Source of the DNA: Candidatus Latescibacterota bacterium | GTDB lineage: Bacteria > Latescibacterota > UBA2968 > UBA8231 | Length of the DNA stretch: 64,000 nucleotides | Direction: 5' to 3' | NCBI GenBank assembly: GCA_965200315.1 | Contig: OZ241362.1 | Coordinates: 4,992,001-5,056,000 of the forward strand | Part shown: positions 29,169 to 39,890 of the stretch, piece after piece | How the letters are laid out: the number at the start of each line of letters is the position of its first letter | How positions within the stretch are numbered: the first letter of the stretch is position 1 | Position numbers and translations under genes: made by a program | Notes under the pieces: generated by a model | Seen by the model: only the letters and a program-made list of their open reading frames with translations | What the model was told of the DNA's origin: nothing | Databases searched by the model: none

Positions 29169-32041
29169 AGCGCCGCCTGTCCGCACAGCCCGGGGAGTGG
29201 ATCGACCGGACGCAGCCCATTGAATTCCGCTTTGAAGGCGAGGCGTTCAGCGGCTTTGCCGGCGATTGTGTAGCCAGTGCGCTCTTGGCCAATGGCGTGC
29301 AGATGATGGGGCGCAGCTTCAAGTACCACCGGCCGCGCGGGGTGTACAGCTTGGCCGGCCACGACGCCAATGCGCTGTTTACAGACGGCGAGCGCACGCA
29401 TCTGCGCGGCGCTAGCGAGCCGTTGGTTGCGGGCATGGATCTGCGGGCCGTCAACACTATAGGTGGGTTGAAACGCGATCTGTTCAAGTGGCTGGGGCCT
29501 TTGGGCCGCTTCATGCCGGTGGGTTTTTACTACAAGACATTCCATCGCCCCCGGTGGCTTTTCCCTTTCCACGAGCGGATCATTCGCCAAATAGCGGGCT
29601 TGGGTCAGATCAACCGCGACCTGCCAGCCCCGGCTAGCCCGAAGGAATACGCTTGGTGCGACGTGCTGGTCGTAGGCGGCGGCGCGGCCGGACTGGAGGC
29701 GGCAAGGGCGGCGGGAGAAGCTGGTGCTAGGGTCCTATTGGTCGAGGAACAGGCGCGTTTGGGGGGGAGTTGGGCGTGGCAGCACGGCGGGAACTGCGAC
29801 GAGCTGATCGAGGTGCTCGCTGGCCTGCCCGAGGTCGATATTCGCTGCGGAACGGTGGCCAGCGGCCACTACGCCGACGGATGGGTCGCCCTGTTCGACG
29901 CGGTGCGGATGACCAAGGTGCGCGCCGCGGCTGTCGTCTATGCCAACGGCGCGATCGAACAGCCGGCCGTCTTTGGGCACAACGACCTGCCGGGCGTGCT
30001 GCTTGGGTCGGCCGCTCAGCGGTTGGTGAAGTTGTACGCGGTCAAACCCTGCGACCGCATGGTGGTGCTAGCGGCTAATAGCGATGCGTACGGCGTGGCG
30101 CTGGACATGCTCGACTCGGGGGTCGAGGTGGCGGCTATTGCCGATTTGCGCCCCGACGTGGCACCGCTAGACCTAGCGGAAAAGATCGCCGCGGCCGGGG
30201 TGCCGATCCACAGCGGCTGCGCCGTCTATGCGGCCGTGCCGAATAGACGGAAGAATGGCCTGCGCGGTGCCGTGGTGGCACCGTTGGCCACAGACGGCAC
30301 CATAGATGCCCAACGCGGCACCGAGATCGCCTGCGACGGCCTTGTCGCGTCGGTCGGCTGGATGCCCAACGCCGCGCTGCCCAGCCAAGCCGGGGTGCAA
30401 TTCGCCTACGACGAGGCGCTGGAGCAGCTCGTGCCGCGTTCGCTTCCAGACGGGGTCTTTGTCGCCGGGCGCGTACGCGGGGCGTACTCTCTAGACGCGC
30501 AGCGGGAAGACGGGCGGGTCGCCGGGCTTAGGGCCGCGCACTACGCTGGGCACGGCGACGCCGAAGGGCCCGCGCCCCCATCGCTTGGGAGAGAAGCTCC
30601 CAGCCACAGCTATCCGATTTTCGCCCATCCAAGCAAAAAGAACTTCGTGGATTTCGACGAGGATTTGCACTTGGCGGATTTCGTCCACGCGCACCAAGAA
30701 GGCTACGACAGCGTCGAGCTGCTCAAGCGCTACAGCACCGTGGGGATGGGGCCGAGCCAAGGCAAGCTGTCCAACATGAACGCGATGCGGATCTTGGCCA
30801 AGCTCAACGGCGACACCATCGCAGCGACCGGTTCGACGACCGCCCGTCCCTTCTACCAACCGGTGCCGTTGGGGCATTTGGCTGGTCGGCGCTTTCACCC
30901 GATGCGCCGGACGCCGATCCACGCTTGGCATTGCGAGCACGGCGCGGTTTTTGCCCACGCCGGCGACTGGTATCGGCCCGAGTACTATGCCTGCGGCGAC
31001 GCCAGCCGCGATGAGTGCATTGTGCAGGAGGCACAGCAGGTGCGGTCCGGTCTGGGGATTATTGACGTGAGCACGTTGGGCAAATTGCAGGTCAGCGGCC
31101 CAGACGCGGGCGAGCTACTCGAACGCCTCTATACGGGTCGCTTCAAGAAGCTGCCGTTCGGTCGCTGCCGCTACGGAGTCGCCCTCGACGAAAGCGGGGT
31201 GGTGATCGAGGATGGGGTGATTGCTCGGCTGAGCGAGGACCGCTTCTACGCGACCACGACCAGTAGCGGCGCGGCGGCCTTTTACCGCGAGATGCTGCGC
31301 TGGGCCACGATTTGGGGTTTGGACGTAACCTTGAGCAATGTCACGGGGCAACTGGCGGCGTTCAACTTAGCTGGTCCAGCCAGCCGCGACGCGCTGGCAG
31401 CGTTGACGGACATTGATCTGAGGTCGGGGCCTTTCTCCTATCTGCGGATGCGCGAGGGCGAGGTGGCCGGGGTGCGGGCAATGGTGATGCGGGTGGGCTT
31501 TGTCGGCGAACTGGGATACGAGATCCACGTACCGGCTTGGGAGGGGGAACACGTGTGGCGGGCGTTGGCGGCGGCCGGTGCGCGCCCCTTTGGGGTGGAG
31601 GCGCAGCGCCTGTTGCGCTTGGAAAAAGGGCACCTGATCGTCGGCCACGACACGGACGCGCTGACCTATCCCCAAGAGGCGGGGTTGGCGTGGGCCATTG
31701 GCAAGAACAAGTGCTTCTTCGTCGGCCAGCGCAGCGTGCAAATCCACGCCGCACGCCCCGTACGCCGTGCGCTCGTCGGTGTGCGGTGGCCCGCTGATTT
31801 TGCCGGCCAGCTACCCGAGGAATGCAACTTGATCATGCGGGAGGGATGGATCGCCGGCCGCCTAACGAGCATTGCCCCGGTCTCGACGCTCGGTTATCCG
31901 CTGGGCTTGGCCTTTGTCGAAGCGGATATGGCCGCGCCCGGTACGCGGGTGGAAGTGCGCTTGGACGATGGTTCGACGAGCGTGGCTGAGGTAGCCGCGT
32001 TGCCCTTCTACGACCCCGAGGACCAGCGGCAGAAGCTGTGA
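29165..32041 (+). CDS. soxA: Sarcosine oxidase alpha-like / N-methylglutamate dehydrogenase subunit C
   Basis: GTG overlaps the soxD stop. GRSFKYHRPRG, ELLKRYSTVGMGPSQGK and GcvT-like DVSTLGK...GFVGELGYEI. Confidence 0.92.
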   Translation: MKRRLSAQPGEWIDRTQPIEFRFEGEAFSGFAGDCVASALLANGVQMMGRSFKYHRPRGVYSLAGHDANALFTDGERTHLRGASEPLVAGMDLRAVNTIGGLKRDLFKWLGPLGRFMPVGFYYKTFHRPRWLFPFHERIIRQIAGLGQINRDLPAPASPKEYAWCDVLVVGGGAAGLEAARAAGEAGARVLLVEEQARLGGSWAWQHGGNCDELIEVLAGLPEVDIRCGTVASGHYADGWVALFDAVRMTKVRAAAVVYANGAIEQPAVFGHNDLPGVLLGSAAQRLVKLYAVKPCDRMVVLAANSDAYGVALDMLDSGVEVAAIADLRPDVAPLDLAEKIAAAGVPIHSGCAVYAAVPNRRKNGLRGAVVAPLATDGTIDAQRGTEIACDGLVASVGWMPNAALPSQAGVQFAYDEALEQLVPRSLPDGVFVAGRVRGAYSLDAQREDGRVAGLRAAHYAGHGDAEGPAPPSLGREAPSHSYPIFAHPSKKNFVDFDEDLHLADFVHAHQEGYDSVELLKRYSTVGMGPSQGKLSNMNAMRILAKLNGDTIAATGSTTARPFYQPVPLGHLAGRRFHPMRRTPIHAWHCEHGAVFAHAGDWYRPEYYACGDASRDECIVQEAQQVRSGLGIIDVSTLGKLQVSGPDAGELLERLYTGRFKKLPFGRCRYGVALDESGVVIEDGVIARLSEDRFYATTTSSGAAAFYREMLRWATIWGLDVTLSNVTGQLAAFNLAGPASRDALAALTDIDLRSGPFSYLRMREGEVAGVRAMVMRVGFVGELGYEIHVPAWEGEHVWRALAAAGARPFGVEAQRLLRLEKGHLIVGHDTDALTYPQEAGLAWAIGKNKCFFVGQRSVQIHAARPVRRALVGVRWPADFAGQLPEECNLIMREGWIAGRLTSIAPVSTLGYPLGLAFVEADMAAPGTRVEVRLDDGSTSVAEVAALPFYDPEDQRQKL

Positions 32042-32074
32042 GGTTGTCGGGGCGGCGCTAGAAAAGGACGGGTC

Positions 32075-34039
32075 TTGCTCCGACAAGTACCGGCAGCCTA
32101 TCGCCAGCGCGTAGTGCGCCGCGACCAGACCCCGGGCCGGGGTGTTACGGGCCGCGCCTTACTCACCGGCGGCGGCTTGGCGGCCCTCATCGCCATCGGC
32201 GTGCCCTATGGGGGCCTGGTGGTGCAAGGGTCGCGGCTGGGGCTTTCGTCGGCCACGCCCGCGGCGTTTTTCTTGTTGTTCGCGCTGCTGGCGACCGTGC
32301 AGGTGGCGCTGGGAGCTGTGCGGCGGGAGTGGGCGTTTGGCCGCGGCGAGTTGGTGACAATCTTTGCGATGATGGCGGTGGCCACGGCTATTCCCACGCG
32401 CGGGGTGGTGGGAATGCTCCTGCCGATGATCACCGGCACCTTTTACTACGCCACCGCGGAAAACCAGTGGGCCGAGTTGCTTCATCCGCACTTGGCCGAC
32501 TGGATGGTCGTCGCAGATATAGAGGCCATCAAGGCTTTCTACGAAGGCGCAGGACGGGATGCGCCAATCCCTTGGGATGCTTGGTTGGTGCCTTTGAGCC
32601 GCTGGCTGGCGTTCTACGCGGCGTTTTATCTGGCTCTGATATGCCTGATGAATATCTTGCGGCGGCCGTGGGTCGATAACGAGCGGTTGGCCTATCCCTT
32701 AGCGCAAGTGCCGCTGGCTATGATCCAAGGCGCGGAGGAAAGCCGGCTGGTGCCCTTTTTCCGCCAGCGCCTCGTCTGGCTGGGCTTGGCCATTCCCTTT
32801 GCCCTCGGCAGCCTAGAGGCCCTGCATCACTACTTCCCCGCCCTACCCTCGCCCGTACTGGAGACGCGGCTGTCGCTGCTGAGGCAGATCGTCGTCTTGC
32901 GTCTCGACGTCAACTTCCTGATGCTCGGCTTTGCCTACCTCATCGGCGTCCAACTCTCCTTTAGCCTTTGGATATTCTATCTGCTCCACGCCCTGCAAGA
33001 GGGCCTGCTCCGCAGCCTGCACCTGCACCACACCGCCGAGTTGGGGACGTGGTCCGATGCGGGGACGGGACACCAGATGATGGGGGCCTGCGCCGTGCTC
33101 GTCGTTTATGGCCTGTGGACGGCCCGCGCCCATCTGGCCGAGGTTGGACGCCGCTTTTTGCGCCCGGCAAAAGACGAAGGAGAAATGGCGTCCTATCGCT
33201 TCTCAGTCGTCGGCTTGCTCTTGGGTGCGGCGGGCATGGTGCTGTGGCTGTGGCGGAGCGGGTTGCCGCTGTGGATCGCCGCGCTGGTGGTGGTGGTGGC
33301 ACTGGGTCTTTTGGTCGCGCTGACGCGCATCGTCGCCGAGGCCGGTACGCCCACCATTACGCCGGGCATGGTCCCCGCTGGGTTTGCCGTCAGTGCCGTC
33401 GGGGTGCCGGCCTTGGGGGTGCCGGGCGTGGTGGCATTGGGCTATACCTTCGTGTGGATCGGCGACCTGCTGGTTTTTATGACGGCTCCCTTGGCCAATA
33501 GCCTGCGCTTGGGCAGCGAATTGGCCGGTGACCGCCGCCGGTTGCTGTGGGGTTTGGCCGCGGCCATGCTCATCAGCCTTGTGCTATCGACTTGGTACAC
33601 GCTGCGCTTGGCCTATACGCACGGAGCGGTCAACCTCCACCAGCAGTACTTTTCCACCTTTGCGGCCGAGCCTTCCAAGTTCGCCGCGCAAAAACTACTC
33701 CATCCCACCGGCCCGGACGCCATTGGCTGGCTGTGGACCGGCGGTGGTGCGCTGCTGATGAGTGCGCTGATTGGTGCGCGCAACCACTGGGCTTGGTGGC
33801 CGCTGCATCCGTTGGGCTTTGCCGCGAGTATGGGCTGGGTCATGGACCATATTTGGTGCTCGATTTTTCTCGCTTGGTTCGTCAAGAATCTGGTGCTCCG
33901 CTTTGGGGGTGCGGCCCTCTACCACAAGACGGTGCCCTTCTTCCTCGGCATAGCCCTCGGCCAGATCGTCACGGCGGGGGTCTGGCTCATCGTCGATGGG
34001 TTCACTGGGGCGGTGGGCAACCGTCTGCCAGTGTATTAA
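32075..34039 (+). CDS. Polytopic membrane protein, DUF6785/DUF6784-like (putative transporter)
   Basis: Many TM segments; W.DNERLAYPL, RIVAEAG, WWPLHPLG and PFFLG motifs; paralog of 43710-45593. Confidence 0.75.
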   Translation: MLRQVPAAYRQRVVRRDQTPGRGVTGRALLTGGGLAALIAIGVPYGGLVVQGSRLGLSSATPAAFFLLFALLATVQVALGAVRREWAFGRGELVTIFAMMAVATAIPTRGVVGMLLPMITGTFYYATAENQWAELLHPHLADWMVVADIEAIKAFYEGAGRDAPIPWDAWLVPLSRWLAFYAAFYLALICLMNILRRPWVDNERLAYPLAQVPLAMIQGAEESRLVPFFRQRLVWLGLAIPFALGSLEALHHYFPALPSPVLETRLSLLRQIVVLRLDVNFLMLGFAYLIGVQLSFSLWIFYLLHALQEGLLRSLHLHHTAELGTWSDAGTGHQMMGACAVLVVYGLWTARAHLAEVGRRFLRPAKDEGEMASYRFSVVGLLLGAAGMVLWLWRSGLPLWIAALVVVVALGLLVALTRIVAEAGTPTITPGMVPAGFAVSAVGVPALGVPGVVALGYTFVWIGDLLVFMTAPLANSLRLGSELAGDRRRLLWGLAAAMLISLVLSTWYTLRLAYTHGAVNLHQQYFSTFAAEPSKFAAQKLLHPTGPDAIGWLWTGGGALLMSALIGARNHWAWWPLHPLGFAASMGWVMDHIWCSIFLAWFVKNLVLRFGGAALYHKTVPFFLGIALGQIVTAGVWLIVDGFTGAVGNRLPVY

Positions 34040-34068
34040 TTTTTGTTGACGGGAGTAAGGACCTGAGC

Positions 34069-34383
34069 GTGCAGAACGGTATGCGACCGGTGCATCCGGG
34101 CGAGATATAGCCGTCCTACATGCGTTGCAAGCGTGGCATCGTCTTCGCGGCGTTGTGGGCCGTAGGCCGGCGGGTGAGACGCTCGCGCACCCAGCCTATG
34201 AAGGACGTAGGCTTGCTATATGGTGCGAGGCATTCGAGACGCTCGGCCCGTCGGCTAAGGCGCTGGATGTGTCGCCGCGATCCGCAACGATCAGCGCGAC
34301 GTAACCGCGGCTGGTTGAACTTGCACAAGACCTACGAGTTGCGCTGCGCCGAGCGCGTACAACCTCGGCGGATAATGGCGTAG
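34069..34383 (+). pseudogene. higA: HigA-family antitoxin remnant, interrupted by a MITE and by deletions
   Basis: VQNGMRPVHPGEI, then EAFETLG.SA.KALDV, I.N.QRDVTA and WLNLHKTYELR.AE fragments in HigA order. Confidence 0.7.
34108..34218. mobile_element. 111-bp MITE-like element with TA target duplication
   Basis: Imperfect terminal inverted repeats TAGCCGTCCTAC and GTAGGCTTGCTA (9/12), with TA on both sides (34106-07, 34219-20). Excision restores the higA frame. Confidence 0.65.
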
Positions 34384-34386
34384 AGG

Positions 34387-35964
34387 ATGCAAAACGCGAT
34401 GACGACAACGCGACGGACACCCGCCAACGGGGCGACCACCGGCTACGAGGCCGAGCTGTGGCGGATGGCCGACGCCCTGCGGGGCAGCATGGACGCGGCC
34501 GAGTACAAGCACATCGTCCTCGGCCTCATTTTTCTCAAGTACATCTCCGATGCTTTCGAGGAAGCATATATCCGGCTGGAGTCGGAGCGCAGCGAAGGGG
34601 CCGATCCCGAAGACCCGGACGAATATCGTGCCGAGAACGTTTTCTGGGTGCCTGTTGAGGCCCGCTGGTCTCGTCTCAAGAAATGTGCGCGACAGCCCGC
34701 CATCGGCGAAGCCGTGGACGCGGCCATGGCCGGCATTGAGCGCGACAACCCCGCCCTCAAGGATGTGCTGCCCAAGGATTACGCCCGTCCCGTGTTGGAC
34801 AAGCAGCGCCTTGGACAGCTCATAGATCTCGTGAGCAATATCACCGTCGGCGACGCCGAGGCTCGCTCTAAGGACGTGCTGGGCCGGGTGTATGAGTACT
34901 TCCTCTCTCAGTTTGCCAGTGCCGAAGGCAAGCGAGGCGGCGAGTTCTATACCCCGCGCAGCGTAGTCAAGCTCCTAGTCGAGATGCTGGAGCCTTACCG
35001 AGGCCGGGTCTATGACCCGTGCTGTGGCTCCTCGGGCATATTCGTCCAGTCGGTCGAATTCATCGAAGCCCACGCCTCGGGCAACGGCAATGGCAACAGG
35101 GCCCGTGCTGATATCTCCATCTACGGTCAGGAGTCTAACTACACCACTTGGCGGCTGGCCAAGATGAACTTGGCGATCCGAGGCATTGAGGGGAAGATTG
35201 CTCACGGCGACAGCTTTCACAATGACGGCCATCCCGACCTGAAGGCCGACTTCATTCTCGCCAACCCGCCGTTCAATATCTCTGATTGGGGCGGCGAGCG
35301 TCTGCAAGACGACCAACGCTGGCAATTCGGGACACCGCCGAAGGGCAACGCCAACTTCGCTTGGGTGCAGCATATCGTCTATCACCTCGCGCCCACGGGC
35401 GCGGCGGGCTTTGTGTTGGCCAATGGTTCTATGTCGTCCAACCAGTCGAGCGAGGGCACCATCCGCAAGAGCCTGATCGAAGCCGATCTGGTGGACTGTA
35501 TGGTCGCGTTGCCCGGCCAGCTTTTCTACTCGACCCAGATACCGGCCTGCCTCTGGTTTTTGTCCCGCGATCGCGCCTGCCGGGGCGAGATTCTGTTTAT
35601 CGACGCGAGGAAGCTCGGTTTGATGGTCGATCGCACCCACCGCGATTTTGCCCCAGAGGACATCGCCCGCATCGCCCGTGCGTATCGCGCTTGGCGCGGC
35701 GAGGAGGGCGCGGGTGCCTACGCAGATGTGCCCGGCTTTTGCAAGAGCGCGTCGCGGGCCGAAGTCCGCCAGCACGGGTACATCCTCACGCCGGGGCGCT
35801 ATGTTGGGGCCGAGGTGCCGGAGGACGATGGCGAGCCTTTCGCCGAGAAGATGCAGCGGCTTGCGGCGCAGTGGCGGGAACAGCAGGCCGAGGGGCAAAG
35901 GTTGGACGCGGCTATTGAGGCGAACTTGGAGAAGTTGGGGTTTGGAGAAAGGGGATGTGTATGA
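34387..35964 (+). CDS. hsdM: Type I restriction-modification methyltransferase subunit M
   Basis: [40 protein letters not shown]. Confidence 0.95.
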   Translation: MQNAMTTTRRTPANGATTGYEAELWRMADALRGSMDAAEYKHIVLGLIFLKYISDAFEEAYIRLESERSEGADPEDPDEYRAENVFWVPVEARWSRLKKCARQPAIGEAVDAAMAGIERDNPALKDVLPKDYARPVLDKQRLGQLIDLVSNITVGDAEARSKDVLGRVYEYFLSQFASAEGKRGGEFYTPRSVVKLLVEMLEPYRGRVYDPCCGSSGIFVQSVEFIEAHASGNGNGNRARADISIYGQESNYTTWRLAKMNLAIRGIEGKIAHGDSFHNDGHPDLKADFILANPPFNISDWGGERLQDDQRWQFGTPPKGNANFAWVQHIVYHLAPTGAAGFVLANGSMSSNQSSEGTIRKSLIEADLVDCMVALPGQLFYSTQIPACLWFLSRDRACRGEILFIDARKLGLMVDRTHRDFAPEDIARIARAYRAWRGEEGAGAYADVPGFCKSASRAEVRQHGYILTPGRYVGAEVPEDDGEPFAEKMQRLAAQWREQQAEGQRLDAAIEANLEKLGFGERGCV

Positions 35965-37691
35965 ACACAGGCGATATCAAACGCCAACTCGATTTAGGTG
36001 AGGATAGCTACTGGGAGTTCAAGCAGGTCGAGTTCCGCGCCGACCGTCTGACAGCACCAAAACGAGACAACTTGGCAGATGAAATAGCGGCTTTTGCCAA
36101 TGCCGGCGGTGGTGTGCTGCTCTGTGGTGTCACTGATGACGGTGCAGTACAGGGCATGTCGCGAGAACAAATGAACGCTTTGGAACGCATAGTCGTCGAG
36201 TTGTGTTCCCACTCGATCAAGCCACCGCTCTTTGACATAACCACTACTCGCCATGAACTCGACGACAAAGCATTGTTGGCCGTCTCAGTAGCCAAAGGCA
36301 CCGCGCAGCACGACAGTCCGGGTGGAAGCTTCCGGCGCGTCGGTAGTTCCAAACGACAGATGGCCCGCGACGAGCGAATGCGCTTGGCGCAACAGCGCAG
36401 CCAAGCGCTTTATCGCTGGTTCGACGAGCAGCCCGTGCCGAATACCGGATTCCGTACGCTGGACGAAACACTCTGGAAACCGCTGCTCAGCGTGGGCGGG
36501 CGGGCCGATCCCGAAACGGCCTTGGAAAAACTCGCACTGTTGGGCCGGGACGAGAACGGAGCAATGCGAGCCACGGTGGCGGGGATTCTCCTGTGTACCT
36601 ACGCGCCTGAGCAGTGGCTTCCCAACGCTTGCATTACTGCGACCCACTATCGCGGCACTGATCGCGCCTCTGGGCAACTCGACACACAGACGGTTACTGG
36701 CCCGCTCAACCGACAAATTGCCGAAGCGGTCGCCTTTGCCGTGAGCAACATGCGCGTCGGAGCATATAAAGACCCGGCGCGCATGGACTTGCCACAGTAC
36801 AGCGCAGCGGCCCTGTTTGAGGCTATCACCAATGCCGTGGCCCACCGCGATTATTCGATGCACGGCAGCCGGATTCGCCTGTCCATGTTCGCCGACCGAG
36901 TGGAAATTCAGTCGCCCGGTGCCTTGGCCAATAGTCTGACGGTGGATGGGTTGGAATATCGGCAGGCCACGCGCAACGAGGTGCTTGCCTCGGTTTTTGG
37001 CCGGATGCCGACCAGTGGTATCCAAGGGGCTGGTGGCCGGCTTTTCATCATGGAGCGGCGCGGCGATGGCGTCCCTATCATCCGGCGAGAAACCCGTGAG
37101 CTCGCTGGTCGCCTGCCGCGTTTCGATCTGGTTGGGGGTGCCGACCTTCGCGTCACCCTACCGGCGGCCTCCACCGAGCCGAGCCCGGCCCGCGTGCTCA
37201 TTACCGTGCGTACCGGCGACCAGCCGCTTGCCAATGCGGAGGTCTTGGTGCTGTTCCCGAACAAGACTTGGAAACAGGCCACGACGGATGCACTGGGCCA
37301 AGCCCTTATCGGCCTGCATACGGTTGAGCTGCCGATGACCGTGTTCGCCGCTGCCCACGGCTTTGCCGCGCACTGCGAACGCGAGTGGATGCCCTCAGAA
37401 GGTACGCTCACCATTGAACTTAAACCGCTTCCCGGCGGCGGTGCCGTCATTCTGTCCGAAGCTAGCGGCCAAATTCCAGGGCTGAAAGGATCGCTGAATC
37501 CGATTCGAGATCCCCTCGACCGGATCTATCTCTACGCTTCAAACATCGCCATCAACCAAGGTCAGCAGCAGCCGGTGCATTTTGTGCTCGGCGAAGACCT
37601 GCGGCTCACCGATGTCAATGGCATCGAGATGACTGGGCGGATCGTGGAGATTGTGGGACGGTCGGCCCTCGTGGAGTATCTTAGGGAATAG
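35961..37691 (+). CDS. AlbA_2/Schlafen-domain protein with HATPase_c_4-like domain and extra C-terminal domain
   Basis: [51 protein letters not shown]. Confidence 0.82.
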   Translation: MNTGDIKRQLDLGEDSYWEFKQVEFRADRLTAPKRDNLADEIAAFANAGGGVLLCGVTDDGAVQGMSREQMNALERIVVELCSHSIKPPLFDITTTRHELDDKALLAVSVAKGTAQHDSPGGSFRRVGSSKRQMARDERMRLAQQRSQALYRWFDEQPVPNTGFRTLDETLWKPLLSVGGRADPETALEKLALLGRDENGAMRATVAGILLCTYAPEQWLPNACITATHYRGTDRASGQLDTQTVTGPLNRQIAEAVAFAVSNMRVGAYKDPARMDLPQYSAAALFEAITNAVAHRDYSMHGSRIRLSMFADRVEIQSPGALANSLTVDGLEYRQATRNEVLASVFGRMPTSGIQGAGGRLFIMERRGDGVPIIRRETRELAGRLPRFDLVGGADLRVTLPAASTEPSPARVLITVRTGDQPLANAEVLVLFPNKTWKQATTDALGQALIGLHTVELPMTVFAAAHGFAAHCEREWMPSEGTLTIELKPLPGGGAVILSEASGQIPGLKGSLNPIRDPLDRIYLYASNIAINQGQQQPVHFVLGEDLRLTDVNGIEMTGRIVEIVGRSALVEYLRE

Positions 37692-37695
37692 ACCG

Positions 37696-38112
37696 ATGAT
37701 CGATTATGAAAACTTTGGCAAGGCTCTGAAGAATCTTGAGTTGCAGTACGACAACTACAAGAATCTGGACGATGAACTGCCGGAACGTACAAAAGAGGCT
37801 GTACCTGAGTCCGTGATTCAGCGATTTGAAGTTTGCTACGATACGATGTGGAAGATATTAAAGCGCTATCTGCAAGAAGTATTGGGGCTTGCTGAAGTTC
37901 CCAGCAGCCCCAGGCCGATCTTGCGTCTAGCCGATTCCAATAATCTGCTTTCGTCTCCTTTTGCCCAATGGGACCAATACATACGAGCTCGCATTGATAC
38001 CACCCACGACTATAGTGGGGAGGAAGCAGAGAAGGCTCTTGGAATTGTGGGTGCTTTTATTGACGACGCCATCGGGCTTTACGAGACCATGACGGGGGAG
38101 ACTTGGGAATGA
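37696..38112 (+). CDS. Nucleotidyltransferase substrate-binding (HI0074/HEPN-like) protein
   Basis: VIQRFEVCY...WK..KRYL and R.DTTHDY (RX4H-like); overlaps the MNT start. Confidence 0.85.
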   Translation: MIDYENFGKALKNLELQYDNYKNLDDELPERTKEAVPESVIQRFEVCYDTMWKILKRYLQEVLGLAEVPSSPRPILRLADSNNLLSSPFAQWDQYIRARIDTTHDYSGEEAEKALGIVGAFIDDAIGLYETMTGETWE

Positions 38113-38468
38113 CCGATGCTATTGACATCAGCGTTGGCGATCACAAGTTGGTCCTTGGCTTGTTGAAACAACATCTGCCCAATGTCGTCGTGTGGGCGTA
38201 TGGTTCCCGGGTCAAGTGGACTGCACGACCGCAGTCTGACTTGGATTTGGTTGCTTTTGCTTCGGGCGAACAGCAAGCGGCCGTGTTCAATCTAAGGGAA
38301 GCCCTAAAAGAGAGCAGTCTGCCGTTTCCGGTGGACTTGTTTATTTGGGATGAGTTGCCGGAGTCGTTTCGGAAACGGATTGAAGCCGAGCATGTGGTGT
38401 TGCAAGAGCCTGAGGTCCAGATATCGCCGCCGCCGATGACGAGGCCGATGCGGGCGAAGACGACTTAA
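38109..38468 (+). CDS. Minimal nucleotidyltransferase (HI0073/MNT) with a foreign C-terminal tail
   Basis: YGSR......SDLDL and LPFPVDL. The last ~19 codons derive from the 59-bp duplicated patch. Confidence 0.82.
   Translation: MTDAIDISVGDHKLVLGLLKQHLPNVVVWAYGSRVKWTARPQSDLDLVAFASGEQQAAVFNLREALKESSLPFPVDLFIWDELPESFRKRIEAEHVVLQEPEVQISPPPMTRPMRAKTT
38408..38466 (+). repeat. 59-bp exact direct repeat, ectopic copy
   Basis: GCCTGAGGTCCAGATATCGCCGCCGCCGATGACGAGGCCGATGCGGGCGAAGACGACTT is identical to 44703-44761. Confidence 0.95.
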
Positions 38469-39164
38469 TCCGTGCTGGCCAAGAGTGCCCCCAGCGATGC
38501 CCGGTCCGAGGAGGATATGGACCACGCGGTGCGCCAGCTTATCTCGCGGGCCGTGGCCTCCGAGGAGGTGATGGACATCTTCGCCGCGGCCGGGCTAGCG
38601 AAGCCGGACCTCTCCGTACTATCAGACGAATTTTTAGCCGAGGTACAGGGGATGCCGCAGCGCAATCTCGCCGTGGAGTTGTTACAAAAGCTGCTCAAGG
38701 GCGAACTCACTACTCGTCGGCGGAAGAACGTGGTGCAAGCGCGCTCCTTTGCCGAGATGCTAGCGCACACGCTACGCCGCTATCAGAATCGGGCCATCGA
38801 AGCCGCGCAGGTGATCGAGGAACTCATTGGGCTTGCTAAAGAAATGCGCGAGGCCGATGCCCGCGGCGAGCAATTGGGTCTTAGCGAAGACGAGTTGGCC
38901 TTGTACGACGCACTGGAGACCAACGATAGCGCCGTCCAAGTCTTGGGCGACGAGGCCCTGTGCCGCATAGCCCGCGAACTCGTCGAGACCGTCCGCAACA
39001 ACGTCACCATCGACTGGGTACTGAGGGAGAACGTGCGGGCGAAGTTGCGCGTGATGGTCAAGCGCACCCTGAGACGCCACGGCTTTCCGCCGGACCAGCA
39101 GGAAAAGGCCACGCAGACCGTCTTGGCGCAGGCCGAAGTGCTGTCGGCCGGGTGGGTGGCCTAG
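38467..39164 (+). pseudogene. hsdR: C-terminal fragment (DUF3387-like) of type I restriction subunit R
   Basis: [41 protein letters not shown]; only ~230 aa, with no nuclease or helicase motifs. Confidence 0.85.
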
Positions 39165-39231
39165 GCCCTGTTTGAAAGAAAGGCAAAAAAGCCTTACCTT
39201 TGGCGAAATTAGCCCACTAGGAGTCAGAGCC

Positions 39232-39483
39232 ATGACCATCACGCTGACAGTCACCGCTAAGGGGCAGATCACGCTCCGCAAAGAGGTCCTCAAGCATCTC
39301 GGGGTACAGCCCGGAGATAAGCTCCATGTCGATTTATTGCAGAACGGGCGGATGCAGATCAGGCCGAAGCGTGGGACACCGGCTGCGACGATCTTCGGCC
39401 TGCTTGCCCAACCAAGCACGTCGCCTCTCTCTATTGACGAGCTAAACGAGATGGCCGCGACCGGATGGGCGGGTGAGGAATGA
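39232..39483 (+). CDS. AbrB/MazE/SpoVT-family antitoxin
   Basis: VTAKGQITL...L.HLGV.PGDK; RBS AGGAG; overlaps the PIN gene start. Confidence 0.85.
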   Translation: MTITLTVTAKGQITLRKEVLKHLGVQPGDKLHVDLLQNGRMQIRPKRGTPAATIFGLLAQPSTSPLSIDELNEMAATGWAGEE

Positions 39484-39890
39484 AGATCACGGCTGACACA
39501 AACGTCTTGGCGCGTATAGTCATGCAAGATGACGCAGACCAGGCCGCCGCCGCCCAAGCGCTGTTCAATCAGGCGACGGTCATAGCCATACCCGTTCCAG
39601 TATTCTGTGAGTTTGTTTGGGTGCTCAAGCGCGGATACGCTTTCAGTGCCCCTGACATCGCCGCGGCAATTGAGGTGATTGTCGAAGTCGAGGTGGTCGT
39701 TACGGATCGACCGGCGGTTGAGGCGGGACTAACCGCTTTGCGGGCAGGCGGGGACTTTGCCGACGGTGCCCTCGCCTATCAAGGCGAGCGGCTGGGCGGG
39801 GCTATGTTCGCGAGTTTTGATCGCCAGGCCGTTGCTCTTTTGCAAAACGGGGGAGCGGCCGCGGCCGATCCAGCGGAGTTGATTGCCTGA
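39480..39890 (+). CDS. vapC: VapC/PIN-domain toxin
   Basis: ADTNVL.R, CEFVWVL, GDFAD, SFD. Confidence 0.87.
   Translation: MKITADTNVLARIVMQDDADQAAAAQALFNQATVIAIPVPVFCEFVWVLKRGYAFSAPDIAAAIEVIVEVEVVVTDRPAVEAGLTALRAGGDFADGALAYQGERLGGAMFASFDRQAVALLQNGGAAAADPAELIA

Noticed and set aside
34975-35898. 307-aa antisense ORF opposite hsdM (and similar ones at 8916-9842, 38772-39557, 46967-47833, 52302-53090, 60856-61782)
   Set aside because: They mirror well-supported sense genes and are expected from codon bias at high GC.
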